Shown here piece by piece: positions 35,197 through 38,871 of a DNA stretch of 38,871 nucleotides. Made by a program: the position numbers and the translations under genes. Numbering within the stretch: position 1 is the stretch's first letter; the number at the start of each line of letters is the position of its first letter. The stretch comes from a virus (taxonomy: Duplodnaviria; Caudoviricetes). Under the pieces are notes generated by a model. It saw nothing but the letters and a program-made list of their open reading frames with translations, was not told the origin of the DNA and did no database searches. Where the stretch lies: positions 1 through 38,871 of the IMG/VR virus record IMGVR_UViG_3300037047_000112; one strand, 5' to 3'.

Positions 35197-36276
35197 ATGC
35201 AGAACGAAACCAACGACAAGACCGAGGCCACCGAACACGCGCCGCGCCAGCGGATCATCATCCCCGGAGACCAGGTGCAGTCCGCGCTCAAGCGGCTCAC
35301 CGAGCAAGGCGAGATCGACGCCGACGCATCGAAGGACATCTGGTGGCTGTACAGCTACGCGATGGACCACAACTGGGCGCTCGACGACGTGGGCAAGGCC
35401 ATCGACAAGGACGCATCGACAGCCCACCGGCTGTTCTGCGGGCGCTACGGGGCCAAGTACGACAACCTCGTGGATGCCGTGCGCCGCTACCGCAAGCTGG
35501 CCGAGGCCCGCGGATCGCGCACCGAGCTGGGGTTCGTCGAGACCTCCACCTGGCAGAAGATCGACGCCGTGTGCCGCCACGCGCTGGTTTCCCAGGCCCC
35601 GGCGTTCATCTTCGGCGCGTCGCAGGTCGGCAAGACCACCTGCCTGGAGGAATACGCCCGACGAAACAACCACGGGCAGACGCGCTACATCCGCATGCCC
35701 GCCGCGCCCGGCTTCGCCCACGTGCTGCGCGAGGTGGCCAAGGCCTGCTACCTGTCGTCGGGGCTGAGCTGCGACGCCATGCGCGACCGCGTGATGGCCT
35801 CGATCAATGACCAGATGCTGCTGATCGTCGACGAGATGCACCAGGCGCTGCTTCCCGGCCTGCGCGAGGGGACGGCGGTGCGCATCGTCGAGTGGTTCCG
35901 CGAGATCTACGACCGCACGCGCTGCGGCATCGTGTTCGTCGGCACCAAGGTGTTCCGCAAGGAACTCGAAACGGGACGGCTCGCCCTCGTGCTGGAGCAG
36001 TTCCGCCGGCGCGGCATCGTCACGCTCCAGCTCCCGGACACGCCCCCGGCCTCCGACGTGGCGCTGATCGCGAAGGAGTTCGGGCTGCCCAAGCCGGAGG
36101 GCATCGCCGCCGACATCGTCGCCGACATGCTCCGCCGCTGCGGCCTTGGCCAGTACGTGAAGTTCCTGCAATCGGCCAGCAACCTCGCCGCCAGACAGAA
36201 GAAGCCCGTGTCGTGGGACCATTTCGTCACCGCCTACGACGTCATCCGCAAGCTCAGCGCCGGAAAGGAAGGCTAA
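35197..36276 (+). CDS. MuB-like transposition ATPase (359 aa)
   Basis: N-terminal HTH, FVETST, GASQVGKT Walker A, LIVDEMHQ Walker B, REIYDRTRCGIVFVGT. Confidence 0.92.
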   Translation: MQNETNDKTEATEHAPRQRIIIPGDQVQSALKRLTEQGEIDADASKDIWWLYSYAMDHNWALDDVGKAIDKDASTAHRLFCGRYGAKYDNLVDAVRRYRKLAEARGSRTELGFVETSTWQKIDAVCRHALVSQAPAFIFGASQVGKTTCLEEYARRNNHGQTRYIRMPAAPGFAHVLREVAKACYLSSGLSCDAMRDRVMASINDQMLLIVDEMHQALLPGLREGTAVRIVEWFREIYDRTRCGIVFVGTKVFRKELETGRLALVLEQFRRRGIVTLQLPDTPPASDVALIAKEFGLPKPEGIAADIVADMLRRCGLGQYVKFLQSASNLAARQKKPVSWDHFVTAYDVIRKLSAGKEG

Positions 36277-36279
36277 CCC

Positions 36280-36924
36280 ATGGCCAAGCAAACCACCCCC
36301 GCGGTCTACGTCGACGCGCAAGGCCAGACCGTGCCGGCGCAGTACGTCAAGCCCTACGACAAGGCGCGCGACAAGGTCGCCCGCCGCATCCTCGCGCGGT
36401 TCCAGAAGGGCAACGCCTACCTCGCGCGCCTCAAGGCCGACACGCTCGCCGACATCGATGCCCTGCGCTCCTTCGACGGCGCCGGCCTCGGCGGCGCCAA
36501 GGGCAACATCCAGTTCTCCAGCTTCGACGGCCTGGTCCGCGTCCGCGTGGACGCCCGCACGCTCGTGGACTTCGACGACCGCTTCCGCCAGGCGCAGGCG
36601 CTGATCTTCGCGTACGTCGACGAGCTCACCGGCGCGACCGGCCAGGGCGACGTGGCGGAGATCATCCGCGCGGCGTTCCGCCCCAACGGCTCCGGGATGC
36701 TCTCCCGCGCCCGCGTCATGGGCCTGCTGCGCCTCAACATCAAGCACCCGCAGTGGGTGAGCGCGATGGAGCTGCTGCGCGAGTGCCAATTCGTCAAGAG
36801 CGGCCGGAGCTACCTCTACTGCGAGACCAAGGCCGGCCGCGACGCCGAGTTCGAGGCCATCCCGCTCGACCTCGCCGCCATCGACCCCGCCGTCGACGAG
36901 CCCAAGGAAGGCGGTGCCGAATGA
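36280..36924 (+). CDS. DUF3164 family protein (214 aa)
   Basis: DAQG..VP..YVKPYDKARD, GGAKGNIQFSSFDG, FDDRF..AQ.LI, IPLDLAA. Confidence 0.88.
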   Translation: MAKQTTPAVYVDAQGQTVPAQYVKPYDKARDKVARRILARFQKGNAYLARLKADTLADIDALRSFDGAGLGGAKGNIQFSSFDGLVRVRVDARTLVDFDDRFRQAQALIFAYVDELTGATGQGDVAEIIRAAFRPNGSGMLSRARVMGLLRLNIKHPQWVSAMELLRECQFVKSGRSYLYCETKAGRDAEFEAIPLDLAAIDPAVDEPKEGGAE

Positions 36925-37187
36925 TCGACTTCGCATCGATGGTGCGCTGCGAGCTGGATCGCGCGCGGCGGAAACACGCCTCCGCCATCCACAGCGCGGC
37001 GGAGGGCTACGCGGTGATCCTGGAAGAGGTCGACGAGTTCTGGGACGAAGTCCGCAAGCAGAGCGGCGCTCGGTCGCTCCGCGACATGCTCACCGAACTG
37101 GTGCAGATCGGCGCGATGGCGCAGCGCTGCGCCGAGGACCTCCACCTGGTGGACGCCGAGTCGCGCGGGAACGGAGGCGCGTCATGA
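36921..37187 (+). CDS. MazG-like nucleotide pyrophosphohydrolase (88 aa)
   Basis: EGYAVILEEVDEFWDEV...ELVQIGAMA (ExxE...ExxQ). Confidence 0.7.
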   Translation: MIDFASMVRCELDRARRKHASAIHSAAEGYAVILEEVDEFWDEVRKQSGARSLRDMLTELVQIGAMAQRCAEDLHLVDAESRGNGGAS

Positions 37188-37570
37188 GCCATGGCTACGC
37201 TTTTTCTGTCGGCGCGTACGTGCGCGACCGCATCGGGCGCAAGGGGCGCGTGGCGGGGCGCGAGGCCGGCCTGTACGAGGTGGCCTGGTTCGGCGCCGGC
37301 AAGCGCGACTGGCAACTTCCGCAGGACCTGCTGGCCGACGAGACCGTGATCCCGTACGGATGGGATGTCGCAGTGCGGATGGGGCCGCCGGACTACCGGG
37401 AGCACACCTACCACTGGCGCGGGCTGAGCGAGAACACGGCCAGCCGCCGCGCGATGGGAAAGTGTCAGGGCGTGCACGTGCTGTCGGTGCTGCCGATCAC
37501 GCGCGAGCAGTGGGTCCGCGCGTACGGCGACCCGGACATCCAGGGGAACACGCGGAGGATGATGTCATGA
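37184..37570 (+). CDS. Hypothetical protein (128 aa)
   Basis: GGAGG RBS, ATGA coupling; SH3/KOW-like N-terminus FSVGAYVRD...GRV. Confidence 0.6.
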   Translation: MSHGYAFSVGAYVRDRIGRKGRVAGREAGLYEVAWFGAGKRDWQLPQDLLADETVIPYGWDVAVRMGPPDYREHTYHWRGLSENTASRRAMGKCQGVHVLSVLPITREQWVRAYGDPDIQGNTRRMMS

Positions 37571-37810
37571 GGCAGGCAAGCACGCCGGATTCCGATTCCC
37601 CGCCCGTCATGTGATCGCGCTTGCAAAGGACTGCGAAGCACACTAGGAGTAGTTGAACGGCCCCGAGAACGGGGCAGGACAGATCATCTAGGGCTTTCAC
37701 CCCCTCCAACCGAAACGGTGTTGCCAGCACCGAGACACGCTCGCCAAGCGTTGCCCTGCCCACGGCAGTAAGCGAATGACAGGCGGCGATTCTACAGGAA
37801 AGGAGGGTGC

Positions 37811-38598
37811 GTGAAAGCCCCTTTTTCGTTCCATCCGTACAACAAGATCGTTCCCCTCGTCAAACGCCCAGGCGGCAAGACGAGGATGCTCAAGCACCTG
37901 CTCCCCATCATCACAGGCACTCCGCACGCCTGCTACTGCGAGCCATTTTGCGGCGGCGCCGCCGTCCGTGCGCGAAGCCCCCGAGCGCGCGCGAAGTCAT
38001 CAACGACATCGACGGCGAGCTCATCAACCTCTACCGCCAGGTCAAGTGGCACCTCCCGGCCGTCGTCGCCCAGCTCTCCATGGTCACCGAAAGCCGAGAA
38101 CTGTTCCACGACGCCAAGGAGCATCCGGGCGCCACGGAGATCCATCGCGCCGCGAGCTTCGCCTACCGGAACTTCTACAGCTTTGGCGGGGACAACGATT
38201 CGTTCGGCGTCAAGCGCGTCGGCTTCTCAACGCGCACCTGGCTAATCACCAAGATGGTCGCCATGCACCACCGGCTCAACCGCGTCTGCGTCGAGCACCT
38301 GTCATGGGAGCGCTGCATCAGCCTCTACGACAGTCCCGACACGCTGTTTTTCTGCGACCCTCCCTACACCGTCGGAGAGGTCAAGACGTACGCGGCATGG
38401 ACGGGCGACAACGCGGCGCAATTGGCCCGTGCGCTGGCCTCCGCCAAAGGCCGCTGGGTAGTCACCCTCAACGACTGCGAGGCCAACAGGGCGGCATTCC
38501 GGGGCTGTACGTTCGCTGCCGTGACGACCCACGCCAACATGAGCAGCAAATAGGGCTCCGACCGGCGCTTCGCCGAGGTCATCATCACCCCTGCATAG
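37811..38598 (+). pseudogene. Dam/D12-class DNA adenine methylase disrupted by a frameshift (~37967) and an in-frame TAG (38551-38553)
   Basis: PGGKT, YCEPFCGGAAV in one frame; EVINDIDGELINLYR, FFCDPPY in another; the typical tail RFAEVII lies beyond the TAG. AAGGAGG RBS. Confidence 0.85.
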
Positions 38599-38643
38599 CT
38601 TCTGCACGGCGTTTGCATCGGGCCTTCAGGCTATGCGCCTCAT

Positions 38644-38796
38644 CCTCAAACCCCTGCCAACCCTGCGGTTCTGCCCTCGTTCAGCCTCAAACCATTGTCG
38701 TTTCGACCCTTCATACATAAGTGCCGACAGTTCAGTCGTTTACAGCCTTGTCCGGGCTTGTTCAGCCTTTCCTCAGACCGCCCGCTCCCTCTTGGA
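38644..38796. repeat. Candidate transposase-binding repeats near the right prophage end
   Basis: CCTCAAACC at 38644 and 38685, CTTCATACA at 38709, CCTCAGACC at 38771. Confidence 0.45.
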
Positions 38797-38871
38797 GGTG
38801 CTATTCCGATGAACAGGCTGATGGGGCGACGCGTCGTAGCCGCGTCGGTACTGCCGCTACAGCGGGGTAGC

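Larger units (their letters stand above)
3900..38800. mobile_element. Mu-like transposable prophage, probably siphovirus-type tail, divergent early/late arrangement; boundaries approximate
   Basis: DDE transposase plus MuB-like ATPase, DUF3164, Ner-like and XRE regulators, DUF935 portal, Mu-type protease, gp36/gpF/gpG-like genes and tape measure. No integrase or sheath gene seen. TG...CA ends and the 5-bp duplication were not identified. Confidence 0.92.

Noticed and set aside
28945-36936. Very long minus-strand ORFs (957, 775, 703 aa) and many R/P/A-rich alternative-frame ORFs across the window
   Set aside because: High-GC shadow or off-frame ORFs overlapping genes with clear motifs and RBSs.
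38551-38553. Genome-wide TAG recoding suggested by the in-frame amber in the methylase
   Set aside because: TAG is the apparent true stop of many prophage genes (e.g. 16821, 18803, 20758) and the gene also has a frameshift.
38725-38861. Exact right end at CA 38734, 38744, 38815 or 38861
   Set aside because: None gave an exact 5-bp duplication next to a TG at the left boundary.
38851-38861. CTGCCGCTACA identical to part of the early operator (28939-28949)
   Set aside because: A single 11-mer half-site in GC-rich DNA at the window edge; could be chance.

Overview
High-GC bacterial window, most of it (~3.9-38.8 kb) a near-complete Mu-like transposable prophage with divergent organisation. A leftward late operon encodes Mu gp25/26/27-like genes, a DNA methyltransferase, a GpA-type terminase, a DUF935 portal, protease/scaffold, decoration protein, capsid, neck, tail tube, lysis genes, gpF/gpG-like genes, tape measure and hub; no sheath gene is seen. 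A central repressor/Ner switch precedes a rightward early operon (DUF3102 protein, DDE transposase, MuB-like ATPase, DUF3164, MazG-like protein, disrupted Dam-like methylase). The left flank holds an AAA/DUF4143 ATPase and a type I restriction HsdR that runs off the window. Most unusual: (1) late-operon proteins with export signals that are strongly enriched in the dipeptide Thr-Asn, including a fibre-like protein, suggesting a host-exported, possibly glycosylated virion or cell-surface module; (2) period-7 tandem arrays, mostly of different sequence, at many gene junctions; (3) three copies of a 25-29 bp palindrome at the start of the late operon; (4) an i-type lysozyme-like endolysin and a possible ACP-mimic early protein. 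Family calls come from motif recognition by eye, not database searches, and the prophage ends could not be fixed.
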